From NCBI RefSeq assembly GCF_000009605.1, contig NC_002528.1, forward strand, positions 30,001 to 62,000: DNA of 32,000 nt. The letters run 5' to 3'. Origin of the DNA: Buchnera aphidicola str. APS (Acyrthosiphon pisum) (GTDB lineage: Bacteria; Pseudomonadota; Gammaproteobacteria; Enterobacterales; Enterobacteriaceae). This document shows positions 10,622-21,055 of this stretch, one piece after another (the first letter of the stretch is position 1; every line of letters starts with the position of its first letter). The notes under the pieces were generated by a model that worked only from the letters and a program-made list of their open reading frames with translations, was not told the DNA's origin and did not search any database. The translations under genes were made by a program, and so were the position numbers.

Positions 10622-13600
10622 TTATTCGCTTTCTAGTTCAATATTAATCCCTAATGACCGAATTTCTTTTAAAAGTACATTAAAAGATTCTGGCATTCCA
10701 GGTTCCATTTGATGATTTCCATCTACAATATTTTTATACATTTTAGTTCTTCCATTAACGTCATCAGATTTCACGGTTAACATTTCTTGTAACGTATAAG
10801 ACGCTCCGTACGCCTCTAATGCCCAAACTTCCATTTCACCGAAACGCTGTCCACCAAACTGAGCTTTTCCACCTAATGGTTGTTGAGTCACTAAACTATA
10901 AGATCCAGTAGAACGAGCATGCATTTTATCGTCTACTAAGTGATTTAATTTTAACATATACATATAACCAACAGTAACAGGTCTTTCAAATTTTTCGCCT
11001 GTTCTTCCATCAAAAAGTATAATTTGACCTGAAGTAGGTAAACCTGCAAATTTCAACATTTGTTTTATTTCATTTTCTTGTGCACCATCAAATACCGGTG
11101 TAGAAATAGGGATGCCATTTTTTAAATTCTTTGCTAAACGTAATATTTCTTCATTGGAAAATGTATCTAAATTTACTTTTTGTCTCAGGTTATCTCCTAA
11201 GTCAAAAGCTTTTTGTATAAATTTTCGTAAATTAGATATTTTTTCTTGTGTTTTAAGCATATGATTGATTTTATCACCAATACCTTTTGCCGCCATACCT
11301 AAATGTGTTTCTAGTATCTGACCGATATTCATACGAGAGGGTACACCTAATGGATTTAAAACAATATCAACTGGTATACCATTTTCGTCATAAGGCATAT
11401 CTTCAACAGGATTAATTTTAGAAATTACTCCTTTATTTCCATGTCTTCCTGCCATTTTATCGCCAGGTTGAATCTGACGTTTAACTGCTAAATACACTTT
11501 AACTATTTTTAAAACACCAGGAGCAAGATCATCGCCTTGTGTAATTTTTTGACGTTTTATTTCTATTTTTTTATTAAATTCTTCTTTTAATTCATGATGT
11601 TGTTTAGCAAGTTTTTCTATTTCTTTTTTTTTGTCTTTTTGTTTAATGTCTACAGAAAACCATTTTTCAAAAGGTAGTGTATCAAGCTGTTTTGTTTCAA
11701 TATCAAGCGATATAAAAGTTTTTTTAATATGAGTAAATAAACTAGATTCAAATATTTTGAATTCTTCAGTAAGATCTTGTTTGATTTTCTTCAGTTGCAT
11801 GTCTTCAATTTCTAAAGCTCTTTTATCTTTTTTTACACCATCTCTTGTAAATATTTGTACATCTATCACGGTACCTGATACTCCATTCGGTACTCGTAAT
11901 GAAGAATCTTTTACATCTGATGCTTTTTCACCAAAAATAGCACGTAATAATTTTTCTTCTGGAGTTAATTGTGTTTCCCCTTTTGGAGTTACTTTGCCAA
12001 CTAGTATGTCGCCGCCAGTTACTTCTGCTCCAATATAAACAATTCCTGATTCGTCTAATTTAGATAATGCAGCTTCTCCTACATTTGGTATATCTGAACT
12101 AATTTCTTCTGCTCCTAATTTAGTATCTCTTGATATACAAGATAACTCCTGAATATGAATTGTGGTGAAGCGATCTTCTTGAACAACCCTTTCTGAGACT
12201 AATATTGAATCTTCAAAATTGTATCCATTCCATGGCATAAATGCTACACGCATATTTTGTCCTAATGCAAGTTCTCCTAAATCTGTAGATGGACCGTCTG
12301 CTAGAACATCACCTTTTTTAATTTTTTCGCCTAAATTAACGCAGGGCTGTTGATTAATACAAGTATTTTGATTAGATCGAGTATATTTAGTAAGATTATA
12401 AATATCTATTCCAGCTTCTCTTGAATACATTTCTTTTTCATCTACTTTTATTACTATACGTGAAGCATCTACATATTGAACAACACCACTTCTTTTAGCT
12501 ACTGCTGTAACACCAGAATCTACTGCTACTGCTCGTTCCATTCCGGTCCCTATCAAAGGTTTATCTGTTTTAAGGGTAGGTACTGCTTGACGTTGCATAT
12601 TAGCACCCATCAGTGCTCTATTAGCATCATCATGTTCAGGAAAAGGAATTAAAGACGCTCCAACAGATACAATTTGTTGAGTAGATACATCCATATAATT
12701 TACTTGATTACGGTTGAATAAACTAGATTCGCCTTTATGTCGGCAAGTTACTAAATCGTCAGTAAAAAAACCAGTTTTATCGATATTAGTATTAGCTTGT
12801 GCAATAATATAATTGCCTTCTTCTATAGCTGATAGATAATGAATTTCCTCACTAACTAAACCGTTACAAACTTTTCGATAAGGTGTTTCTAAAAATCCAT
12901 GAGAATTTGTTTGAGCGTACACAGATAAAGAATTAATTAATCCAATATTCGGACCTTCTGGTGTTTCGATAGGACATACTCGTCCATAATGTGTTGGATG
13001 TACATCTCGAACTTCAAAACCTGCTCTTTCTCTGGTTAAACCACCTAAACCTAATGCTGAAATTCTTCTTTTATGCGTAATTTCTGATAAAGGATTATTT
13101 TGATCCATAAATTGTGATAATTGACTAGAACCAAAAAATTCTTTAACCGCAGCTGATATTGGTTTAGCATTAATCATATCTTGTGGCATAAGCGCATCTA
13201 AATCGCCGATAGACAATCTTTCTTTAACTGCTCTTTCCACTCTTACTAAACCGATTCTAAATTGGTTTTCCGCCATTTCACCTACTGATCTAACACGTCG
13301 ATTTCCTAGATGATCAATATCATCTACTTCTCCTTTTCCATTTCGGATATCGATAATTTTTTTTATAACATCAATGATGTCTTCTTTATTTAACGTACTT
13401 GAACCTTTAGTTTCTTCACGTAAAAGGGATCTGTTAAATTTCATTCTACCTACAGTAGAAAGATCGTATCTGTCTTCAGAAAAAAATAAATTTTCGAATA
13501 AATTTTCTGTTGCCTCTTTAGTAGGTGGTTCTCCTGGCCTCATAACTCGATAAATTTCTATTAAAGCACTCATACGATCATTAGATGAATCTATTCGTAA

Positions 13601-14650
13601 CGTTTCTGATATATATGGACCATGATCTAAATCATTAGTAAACAATGTTTCAATAGAGTAGAAACCTAATTTTTTTAATTTTTCTAATATCTCTAAAGAT
13701 AATTCTGTATTAGAAGAAATAATTGTTTCGCCTGTTTTTTTATCTACATAATTTTTAGATACAATTCTTCCAAGAATATATTCAACAGGAACTGTGATAG
13801 ATTTTATTTTATTATTTTTTAATTCTTGAATATGTTTAGCAGTAATACGACGACCTTTTTCTACATATATTATTCCATTTTTTTTAATATTAAATGATGC
13901 AGTTTCACCTCGGAGTCTTTCGGGAACTAATTCTAATACAATTTTGTTATTTTCTATTTTAAAAATATTTTTCTCAAAAAATATGTTTAATATTTCTTCT
14001 GTATTATAATTAAGAGCCCGCAAAATAATGCTTACTGGTAGCTTTCTACGTCTATCAATTCTAACAAATAAATTATCTTTTGGATCAAATTCAAAATCTA
14101 ACCAAGAACCGCGATAAGGAATAATCCGGGCATTATATAGAACTTTTCCTGAGGAGTGTGTTTTACCTTTATCACTATCAAAAAAGACTCCAGGACTACG
14201 GTGTAACTGAGAAACAACTACTCTTTCTGTTCCATTTATTATAAATGTTCCATTGTTAGTCATTAATGGAATTTCACCCATATATACTTCTTGTTCTTTA
14301 ATGTCTTTAACAGTAGCTTCTAATATGTCACGTTCGTAGATAACAAGGCGTAATTTTACTCTCAGTGCCGCCGAATAAGTAGCACCTCTTATTTGACATT
14401 CTTTAACATCAAATATTGTTTCTCCTAAACGGTAACTAACATATTGTAATTCAGAGTTTCCATTATAACCGCGAATAGGAAATACAGAACGAAATGCTGC
14501 TTCTAATCCGTGTTGACCTGATAAATCTGGTTGAATAAATTTTTTAAAAGAATTTAATTGAATCGAAAGAAGATATGGTATATCTAACACTTTAGGACGT
14601 TTGCCAAAATCTTTACGAATACGTTTTTTTTCGGTATAAGAGTAAACCAT
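10622..14650 (-). CDS. rpoB: DNA-directed RNA polymerase subunit beta
   Basis: 1342 aa, the same length as E. coli RpoB. It has the [18 protein letters not shown] start, the rifampicin cluster I sequence [27 protein letters not shown], and an AGGAA SD upstream. Confidence 0.99.
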
Positions 14651-14807
14651 GGGGTTCCTAAGCTCGTTGACAGATAAGTTGAAAATTAATTTATCTTTTT
14701 GTCTGAAGGGGAGACAGTTTTAATATTTCCGTAAGAATTTTAATTACATTTTGTATTTTTTTTAAATGTTTTTTAAAAAATGATTTGAATTTTATTTTGA
14801 TCAACAG

Positions 14808-14832
14808 GGCTGGTGAAGCAACATCACCAGCC
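14808..14832 (-). promoter_or_regulatory. rplL-rpoB intergenic attenuator-like hairpin
   Basis: A perfect 9-bp GC-rich stem, ggctggtga (14808-14816) with tcaccagcc (14824-14832), has a 7-nt loop and lies 38 nt after the rplL stop. Its position corresponds to the partial terminator known in the E. coli rplL-rpoB spacer. Confidence 0.5.
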
Positions 14833-14870
14833 GTATTTGAAAATTAATTAAATTATAAAATTTAATATTT

Positions 14871-15239
14871 TTATTTAATTTCGATTTCGGCACCAACATC
14901 TTCCAATGTTTTTTTAAGTGATTCTGCGTCTTCTTTGCTGATATTTTCTTTTAAAACTGTTGGGGCAGATTCTACTAAATCTTTGGCTTCTTTTAGTCCT
15001 AGACCGGTTGCACTACGTACAGTTTTAATTACTGACACTTTATTTGGCCCAATAACTTTTAAAAAAATATCAAATTCTGTTTTTTCTTCGCGTAAATCTT
15101 TTTCATTATGGTTGTTGCTATTAATAGACATGCTAGCAGAGACACCAAATTTCTCTTCCATTGCTGTAATAAGATCTACAACATTCATAACAGACATTTC
15201 TGATATAGCTTCTAAGATTTGTTCTTTAGTAATAGACAT
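14871..15239 (-). CDS. rplL: 50S ribosomal protein L7/L12
   Basis: 122 aa. The N-terminal [35 protein letters not shown] and the C-terminal domain ..[20 protein letters not shown] match E. coli L7/L12. Confidence 0.98.
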   Translation of the reverse strand: MSITKEQILEAISEMSVMNVVDLITAMEEKFGVSASMSINSNNHNEKDLREEKTEFDIFLKVIGPNKVSVIKTVRSATGLGLKEAKDLVESAPTVLKENISKEDAESLKKTLEDVGAEIEIK

Positions 15240-15305
15240 AACAATAATTCCTAATAACCATTAGAATTATTTTAGATGTTATTAATACATCAAAAATAAT
15301 AACCT

Positions 15306-15803
15306 TTAAGAGGTTTCTTTTTTCTGTTTTATAGCAGATAATGTATAAATTAGTTTTCCGGCAATCAACATCTTCCATGTTAACAGAAGTTTGATTATTG
15401 CTTCTTTATAAGTAGGCATATCTGCAAGTTGATTAATTTCTAAAATAGAGAGTAATTTTCCTTCAAAAGCTGCTCCTGTAATTTTAAATTGTGTGTTTTT
15501 TTTTGAAAATTCTTTAAATAATCTAGCACCACTACCTGGATGTATCATAGAATAAGCGATAAAGGTAGAGCCTTTTAATTTTTTTTTTAAACACTCAAAA
15601 ACAGTATTTTTAATTGCTAAAGACAACAGAGTGTTTTGAACAATGCTCATTTTCACTCCTACTTCACGTCCAGATTTTCTTAACTCGTTTATTTTATTTA
15701 CACACACACCCTGTAAATCTGCAGTAACAGCTGATAATGCTGTGTTAGATATTTTATTAATTTTTGAAACAATTATTTTCTTGTCATGAATACTTAATGC
15801 CAT
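15306..15803 (-). CDS. rplJ: 50S ribosomal protein L10
   Basis: 165 aa, colinear with E. coli L10 (MAL..DK..IV...ALSAVTAD..GV.V.K..ELRK.GRE.GV...). Confidence 0.97.
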   Translation of the reverse strand: MALSIHDKKIIVSKINKISNTALSAVTADLQGVCVNKINELRKSGREVGVKMSIVQNTLLSLAIKNTVFECLKKKLKGSTFIAYSMIHPGSGARLFKEFSKKNTQFKITGAAFEGKLLSILEINQLADMPTYKEAIIKLLLTWKMLIAGKLIYTLSAIKQKKETS

Positions 15804-16068
15804 TTATCAGATTTTCCTTATTGATCTAGAGAAAAATAATTTGAATTAATTTTAAAGAAAGACAGTAAGCATGATAATTCGTTTTTTCAAAATATACTTT
15901 GATAGAATTTTATTCTATGACTATAGTAAAAACATTGAATAATAAATTTTCAGTACTAAAATTAGATTGTTTTTAAATATTTTTAATTAAAAAAACTTTG
16001 AATACTAGTTAAAAAAAGGTTATTATTATAAATAATTTTTCTTATAGCGTAAAGTGGAAATCATTTTC
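15804..16068 (-). promoter_or_regulatory. rplJ leader region (expected site of the rplJL promoter and the L10-(L12)4 autoregulatory mRNA structure)
   Basis: A 265-bp untranslated spacer lies between rplA and rplJ, as in E. coli. It contains a perfect 7-bp stem, atagaat (15902-15908) with attctat (15912-15918). Function is inferred from E. coli; no structure has been verified. Confidence 0.3.
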
Positions 16069-16764
16069 TTACAGCGATAAAGTAGACTGATCAACCATTA
16101 ATCCTACACCCATAGTTGTTGATAAAACTATTTTTTTTATATATATCCCTTTGGATTGCGGCGGTTTTGCTTTTTTAATAGATTCTAAAAACACATTTAA
16201 ATTTTCTTTTATCTCATTTTTATGAAAATTAATTCGACCAATTGTAGCATGAATAATCCCGTTTTTATCATTTCGATAACGTACTTGTCCTGTTTTTGCA
16301 TTTTTAATGGCTTCAGCAATATTTGTTGTTATTGTTCCTAATTTAGTATTAGGCATTAAGTTGCGAGGACCTAGTATTTGTCCTAGTTGTGTTACTATTT
16401 TCATTGCATCAGGGGTCGCAATAACAACATCAAAATCAACACCTTCTTTTTTAATTTTTTCCGATAAATCCTCCATCCCTATTAATTCTGCACCTGCATC
16501 TTTAGCTATTGCAATATTATCACCTTGTGTAAATACGGCTACTCGAATAGAACGGCCGATACCATTTGGTAATACTGTTGAGCTTCGAATATTCTGATCG
16601 GATTTTTTAGAATTTATACCTAAATTAATTGCTATATCAATGCTTTCATTAAATTTTACTGTCGATGATTTTTTTAATAAGTCTATTGTCTCGTCAATAT
16701 GGTGTAATTTTGCAAAATTAATATGTTCTTTTATTTTTTTCATACGTTTAGTTTTTTTATTCAT
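16069..16764 (-). CDS. rplA: 50S ribosomal protein L1
   Basis: 231 aa. ..[47 protein letters not shown].. matches E. coli L1. Confidence 0.98.
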   Translation of the reverse strand: MNKKTKRMKKIKEHINFAKLHHIDETIDLLKKSSTVKFNESIDIAINLGINSKKSDQNIRSSTVLPNGIGRSIRVAVFTQGDNIAIAKDAGAELIGMEDLSEKIKKEGVDFDVVIATPDAMKIVTQLGQILGPRNLMPNTKLGTITTNIAEAIKNAKTGQVRYRNDKNGIIHATIGRINFHKNEIKENLNVFLESIKKAKPPQSKGIYIKKIVLSTTMGVGLMVDQSTLSL

Positions 16765-16766
16765 TA

Positions 16767-17195
16767 TTATCCCTCAATAATTAGACCCATAGATTTAGCA
16801 GTACCTTCTATAGATCGCATCATGTTTTCAATATTAGAACCAGTCATGTCATTATTTTTAATAATTGCTATCTCTTTGATTTGTGAGCGATTTATTTTTC
16901 CTATTTTTTCTGATTTATTTTTACTAGAACCTTTTTTAATTCCAGATAGTTTTTTTAATAATACAGAAGCAGGAGGAGTTTTTGTAATAAATGTAAATGA
17001 ACGATCAGAATAAACTGTAATTATTACTGGTATGGGAAGTCCTTTTTCTATATTTTCTGTTTTTTTATTAAATAGTTTACAAAACTCCATGATATTCACA
17101 CCTTTTTGGCCTAAAGCTGGACCAATTGGTGGACTAGGATTAGCTGCACCAGCTGAAACTTGTAGCTTGATATATGATTGTATTTTTTTTGCCAT
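16767..17195 (-). CDS. rplK: 50S ribosomal protein L11
   Basis: 142 aa. [40 protein letters not shown] matches E. coli L11. The stop is 2 nt from the rplA start. Confidence 0.98.
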
Positions 17196-17242
17196 TATTT
17201 TCTCATTTTATATAAAATTTTTATTAAAATTTACAAGATATG

Positions 17243-17788
17243 TTAATTTTTTTCAACTTGTCTAAAATCTAGTTCGACCGGAGTAGATCTTCCAAAAATA
17301 GAAACAGAAACTTTCAGTCTACTTTTTTCATAATCAACTTCTTCTACAACACCATTAAAATCAGCAAAAGGACCATCATTGACGCGGATCATTTCTCCTG
17401 GTTCGAATAAGGTTTTTGGTCTTGGTTTATTACCAATTTTACGTAGTCTATTAATGATAATTTCTACTTCTTTGTCACTAATCGGTGAAGGTTTATCTGA
17501 TTTCCCCCCAATAAAACCTAAAACTTTTGGGACATTTCTAATTAAATGCCAGGTTGAATCTGTCATTTTCATTTGTATCAAAACATATCCAGGAAAAAAT
17601 TTATATTCGCTTTTTCTGCGTTGTCCACCTCGTATTTCAACAACCTCTTGAGAAGGGACCATTACTTCTCCGAATAAATCTTCCATTTGATTTAATTTCA
17701 CATGTTCCCGTATTGATTGTGCTACACGACTTTCGAATCCAGAAAAAGCTTGTAATACATACCATCTCTTTTTTTGACTCTCATGCAT
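17243..17788 (-). CDS. nusG: Transcription termination/antitermination factor NusG
   Basis: 181 aa. ..[63 protein letters not shown] is close to E. coli NusG. Confidence 0.98.
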   Translation of the reverse strand: MHESQKKRWYVLQAFSGFESRVAQSIREHVKLNQMEDLFGEVMVPSQEVVEIRGGQRRKSEYKFFPGYVLIQMKMTDSTWHLIRNVPKVLGFIGGKSDKPSPISDKEVEIIINRLRKIGNKPRPKTLFEPGEMIRVNDGPFADFNGVVEEVDYEKSRLKVSVSIFGRSTPVELDFRQVEKN

Positions 17789-17790
17789 TG

Positions 17791-18174
17791 TTAGAACCTT
17801 AAACTAATAATAAATGCTATTAAACGAAAGATTACACTATCTATACTCCATAAAATAAAGGATATAAAGATTGTTACAGAAATCACAATGAATGTAGTAT
17901 ATAAAGTTTCTTTATATTTAGGCCATATTATTTTTTGCATCTCTTTTTTGGACATTACTATATATAATAATATATCTTTTCCCTTTTTCGTGTATATCAT
18001 AGTACCTATTGCACAGAGCATTAAACAGGATATAATAAATATACGTATAAATAATTGTGTCTCGTAAAAACACATATTAATAAAAAAAGATAGAATAAAA
18101 AATATAGATATAGATATCCATTTTACTTTTTCTGGAATTTTATGCTTATTTCGATTGTAGTGATGTTTATTCAT
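17791..18174 (-). CDS. secE: Protein translocase subunit SecE
   Basis: 127 aa, the same as E. coli SecE, with three hydrophobic segments. It sits immediately upstream of nusG (2-nt gap), as in the E. coli secE-nusG operon. Confidence 0.9.
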   Translation of the reverse strand: MNKHHYNRNKHKIPEKVKWISISIFFILSFFINMCFYETQLFIRIFIISCLMLCAIGTMIYTKKGKDILLYIVMSKKEMQKIIWPKYKETLYTTFIVISVTIFISFILWSIDSVIFRLIAFIISLRF

Positions 18175-18488
18175 AATTTCTCCTAAAATTATAAAATAAT
18201 ATAGAAAAAATATGTTAATACATAAAAAATTTCATTCTTTTTTTTATTTTTAAAAATTATATTTTCAAATGAAAAAAATTTTCGTTATTGTGAAAATTAT
18301 AAACTATTAAAATAAACTATTTTTTTTTAAAATAGATTAATTTTTTTATGAAGTAAGTGTAGAAGTTTTAATATATAGAATATTTTAAAATAAAAAGTAT
18401 TAGGTGAGAGTTATGATAAATGATTTGAAAAATATTTATTTAAAAAATTAAATTATTTTAGATGATATTAAATAAATTTTAGTTATTA

Positions 18489-18561
18489 TGCTGATACCCA
18501 GGATTGAACTGGGGACCTCACCCTTACCAAGGGTGTGCTCTACCTACTGAGCCATATCAGC
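18489..18561 (-). tRNA. thrT: tRNA-Thr (anticodon GGU)
   Basis: The minus strand reads GCTGATATGGCTCAGTAGGTAGAGCACACCCTTGGTAAGGGTGAGGTCCCCAGTTCAATCCTGGGTATCAGCA. All four cloverleaf stems pair and the anticodon loop is TTGGTAA. No CCA is encoded (followed by TAATAA). Confidence 0.95.
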
Positions 18562-18576
18562 AGTTTTCATTTTTTT

Positions 18577-18648
<72 letters not shown>

Positions 18649-18670
18649 ATATTTTTATAGTTTTTATAGT

Positions 18671-18755
<85 letters not shown>

Positions 18756-18770
18756 TTAAAAATAATTTTA

Positions 18771-18843
<73 letters not shown>

Positions 18844-18980
18844 TATTTTTTATAATATTTTAGTTATTTTTTAAAATAACAATTTTAAATGAATTATATT
18901 ATATAATTTTTCATTTGTATGCAAGTTTTTTTATTTAAAAATAATATTAATAGAAAGTATTATATTTTTTTGATCTGTAT

Positions 18981-20051
18981 TTATATAACTTTCAACTTAC
19001 TGTTTAATTTAAAAATTTTCGATGCTTTTATTTTTCCGGATGCTCCGATAAGATCTACTTCTGGTTCTAATAATATATTAAATTTTTTTAAAATACATTT
19101 GTGTATTATTTTAGCTAATTTTATAATTTCTTGAGCAGTGGCATTTTTTTTATTAATTAATATAAGTTTTTGTTTTTTATGAATAGCTGCATCGCCAATT
19201 TGAAGATGTTTAAATTTATAATTTTCAATTAACCAAGCAGCAGAAATTTTCACTAAACCGTTTTTTTGTGGATAATTTGGTACTTTATATAAATTTATTA
19301 GTTTTTGTGCTTTTTTCTTTTTAATTAGGGGGTTTTTAAAAAAACTGCCTGCATTGCCGATTTTTTTTGGATCAGGTAATTTTTTTTTACGTATTTTACA
19401 TATTATATTGAAAATCTTGTATGCAGTTATATTTATTGGTGTAATATAATTTTCTAATGAAGAAAAAAGAATTGGACGCCATTTCTTTGACAGCTTTATC
19501 CCGACTCTAATAACAGCATGTTCATTTTTGTATTGATCTTTAAAAATACTATTACGATAGGAAAATTTACAAGAATTTTTATAAATTCTTTTAATTGTAT
19601 TGTCTTTTAAAGACAATATATCAACGTATTGACATACATCTTTAAATTCTAATCCGTATGCGCCAATGTTTTGAATAGCTGCGGATCCTATACAACCCGG
19701 AATTAATGCTAAATTTTCTAATCCTAAAATACCTAAATTCAATGTTAATTTTACTAAATTATGCCATTTTTCTCCTGAAAAAACATGCAATAACCAAAAA
19801 TTTTTTTTTTCTACTATTTTTATTCCTTTAATACGATTAATAATTACGACTCCTACATAATTTTCCAAAAATAATACATTACTTCCCTCTCCTAAAATTA
19901 TATAAGGAATATTAGATAATTGGCAAATTTTAGATATATCAATTAGTGATTGAATCGTTTTTACAAAAATTATTTTTTTTGCTGTTACATCTATTGCAAA
20001 TGTGTTTAAATCTTTTAGTGATTGACTAGAAAAATATTTTTTTTTATGCAT
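18981..20051 (-). CDS. murB: UDP-N-acetylenolpyruvoylglucosamine reductase
   Basis: 356 aa. ..ILGEGSNVLFLENYVGVVIINRIKGI.., ..GLENLALIPGCIGSAAIQNIGAYGLE.., ..KLPDPKKIGNAGSFFKNP.. and ..LEPEVDLIGASG.. match E. coli MurB. Confidence 0.96.
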   Translation of the reverse strand: MHKKKYFSSQSLKDLNTFAIDVTAKKIIFVKTIQSLIDISKICQLSNIPYIILGEGSNVLFLENYVGVVIINRIKGIKIVEKKNFWLLHVFSGEKWHNLVKLTLNLGILGLENLALIPGCIGSAAIQNIGAYGLEFKDVCQYVDILSLKDNTIKRIYKNSCKFSYRNSIFKDQYKNEHAVIRVGIKLSKKWRPILFSSLENYITPINITAYKIFNIICKIRKKKLPDPKKIGNAGSFFKNPLIKKKKAQKLINLYKVPNYPQKNGLVKISAAWLIENYKFKHLQIGDAAIHKKQKLILINKKNATAQEIIKLAKIIHKCILKKFNILLEPEVDLIGASGKIKASKIFKLNSKLKVI

Positions 20052-20165
20052 AGAAAATCGATTAATAATTTTATTAGTTTTTTTATAATAATCAATACAT
20101 ATTCATTAGTATATAGTGATTTTTTTGAAAAATTTTAGATAAATTCATTTTAATGGAATTTTATA

Positions 20166-21044
20166 ATGAAAAATTATTCTCAGTATCATCAAGATATAAT
20201 GAATCAAAAATTAGAAAACATTCGCAATAATATACAGTGTTCTTTTGAATTTTTTCCGCCGAAAAATTCTTTTTTAGAAGAAAATTTATGGTCTACAGTT
20301 AACCGTCTTTCCTTATTAAAACCAAAATTTTTTTCTGTAACTTATGGCGCAAATACTGGTGAACGTGAAAAAACATATGATACTGTACAGAAGATATATA
20401 AAAAAACAGGTATTATTACAGCGGCTCATTTAACTTGTATTGATTCCACACCTCATAAATTAAAAGAAATAGCATACAATTATTGGAATAGCGGAATTAA
20501 AAGTATTGTAGCACTTAGAGGAGATACATTAGAAAAAGATTATAGGCATACTATGTATGCAGTAGATTTAGTTCTTTTATTAAAAAAAATAGCTGACTTT
20601 GACATTTCCGTAGCCGCTTATCCTGAATTACATCCTGAATCAAAAAACGTTAAATCAGATATACTGAATTTAAAGAAAAAAGTTGATGCAGGTGCGAGCA
20701 GAGCAATTACTCAGTTCTTTTTTAATATTGAAAGTTATTTGCGTTTTCGAGATAATTGTATTAAAAATAAAATAAATATTGATATTATACCAGGTATTTT
20801 ACCGGTATGTAATTTTCAGAAATTAAAACGTTTTTCAAGTATGACTAATGTTAAAATTCCAAAATGGATGCTTGATATGTTTAATGGTTTAGATGATGAT
20901 ATATTCACACAGAAAATAATTGGTTCTAGTATAGCTATAGATATGGTAAAAAAATTATCTTGTGAAGGAGTAAAAAATTTTCATTTTTACACTTTAAATC
21001 AGTCTGATATTACTTATTCTATTTGTCATATCTTAGGTCTATAA
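20166..21044 (+). CDS. metF: 5,10-methylenetetrahydrofolate reductase
   Basis: 292 aa. ..SFEFFPPKN.., ..LKPKFFSVTYGANTGEREKT.., ..DISVAAYPELHPES.., ..AITQFFFNIESYLRFRD.. and ..FHFYTLN.. match E. coli MetF. Confidence 0.97.
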   Translation: MKNYSQYHQDIMNQKLENIRNNIQCSFEFFPPKNSFLEENLWSTVNRLSLLKPKFFSVTYGANTGEREKTYDTVQKIYKKTGIITAAHLTCIDSTPHKLKEIAYNYWNSGIKSIVALRGDTLEKDYRHTMYAVDLVLLLKKIADFDISVAAYPELHPESKNVKSDILNLKKKVDAGASRAITQFFFNIESYLRFRDNCIKNKINIDIIPGILPVCNFQKLKRFSSMTNVKIPKWMLDMFNGLDDDIFTQKIIGSSIAIDMVKKLSCEGVKNFHFYTLNQSDITYSICHILGL

Positions 21045-21055
21045 AAATCTTTAAT

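Noticed and set aside
17196-17242. Possible rplK promoter on the minus strand, TTGTAA-N16/18-TATATA/TATAAA, in the nusG-rplK gap. Similar -35/-10 look-alikes occur upstream of thrU (18844-18920).
   Set aside because: In spacers that are almost pure A/T, hexamers resembling TATAAT or TTGACA occur by chance every few tens of bases. I cannot separate real promoters from background without transcription start site data, so I do not annotate them.
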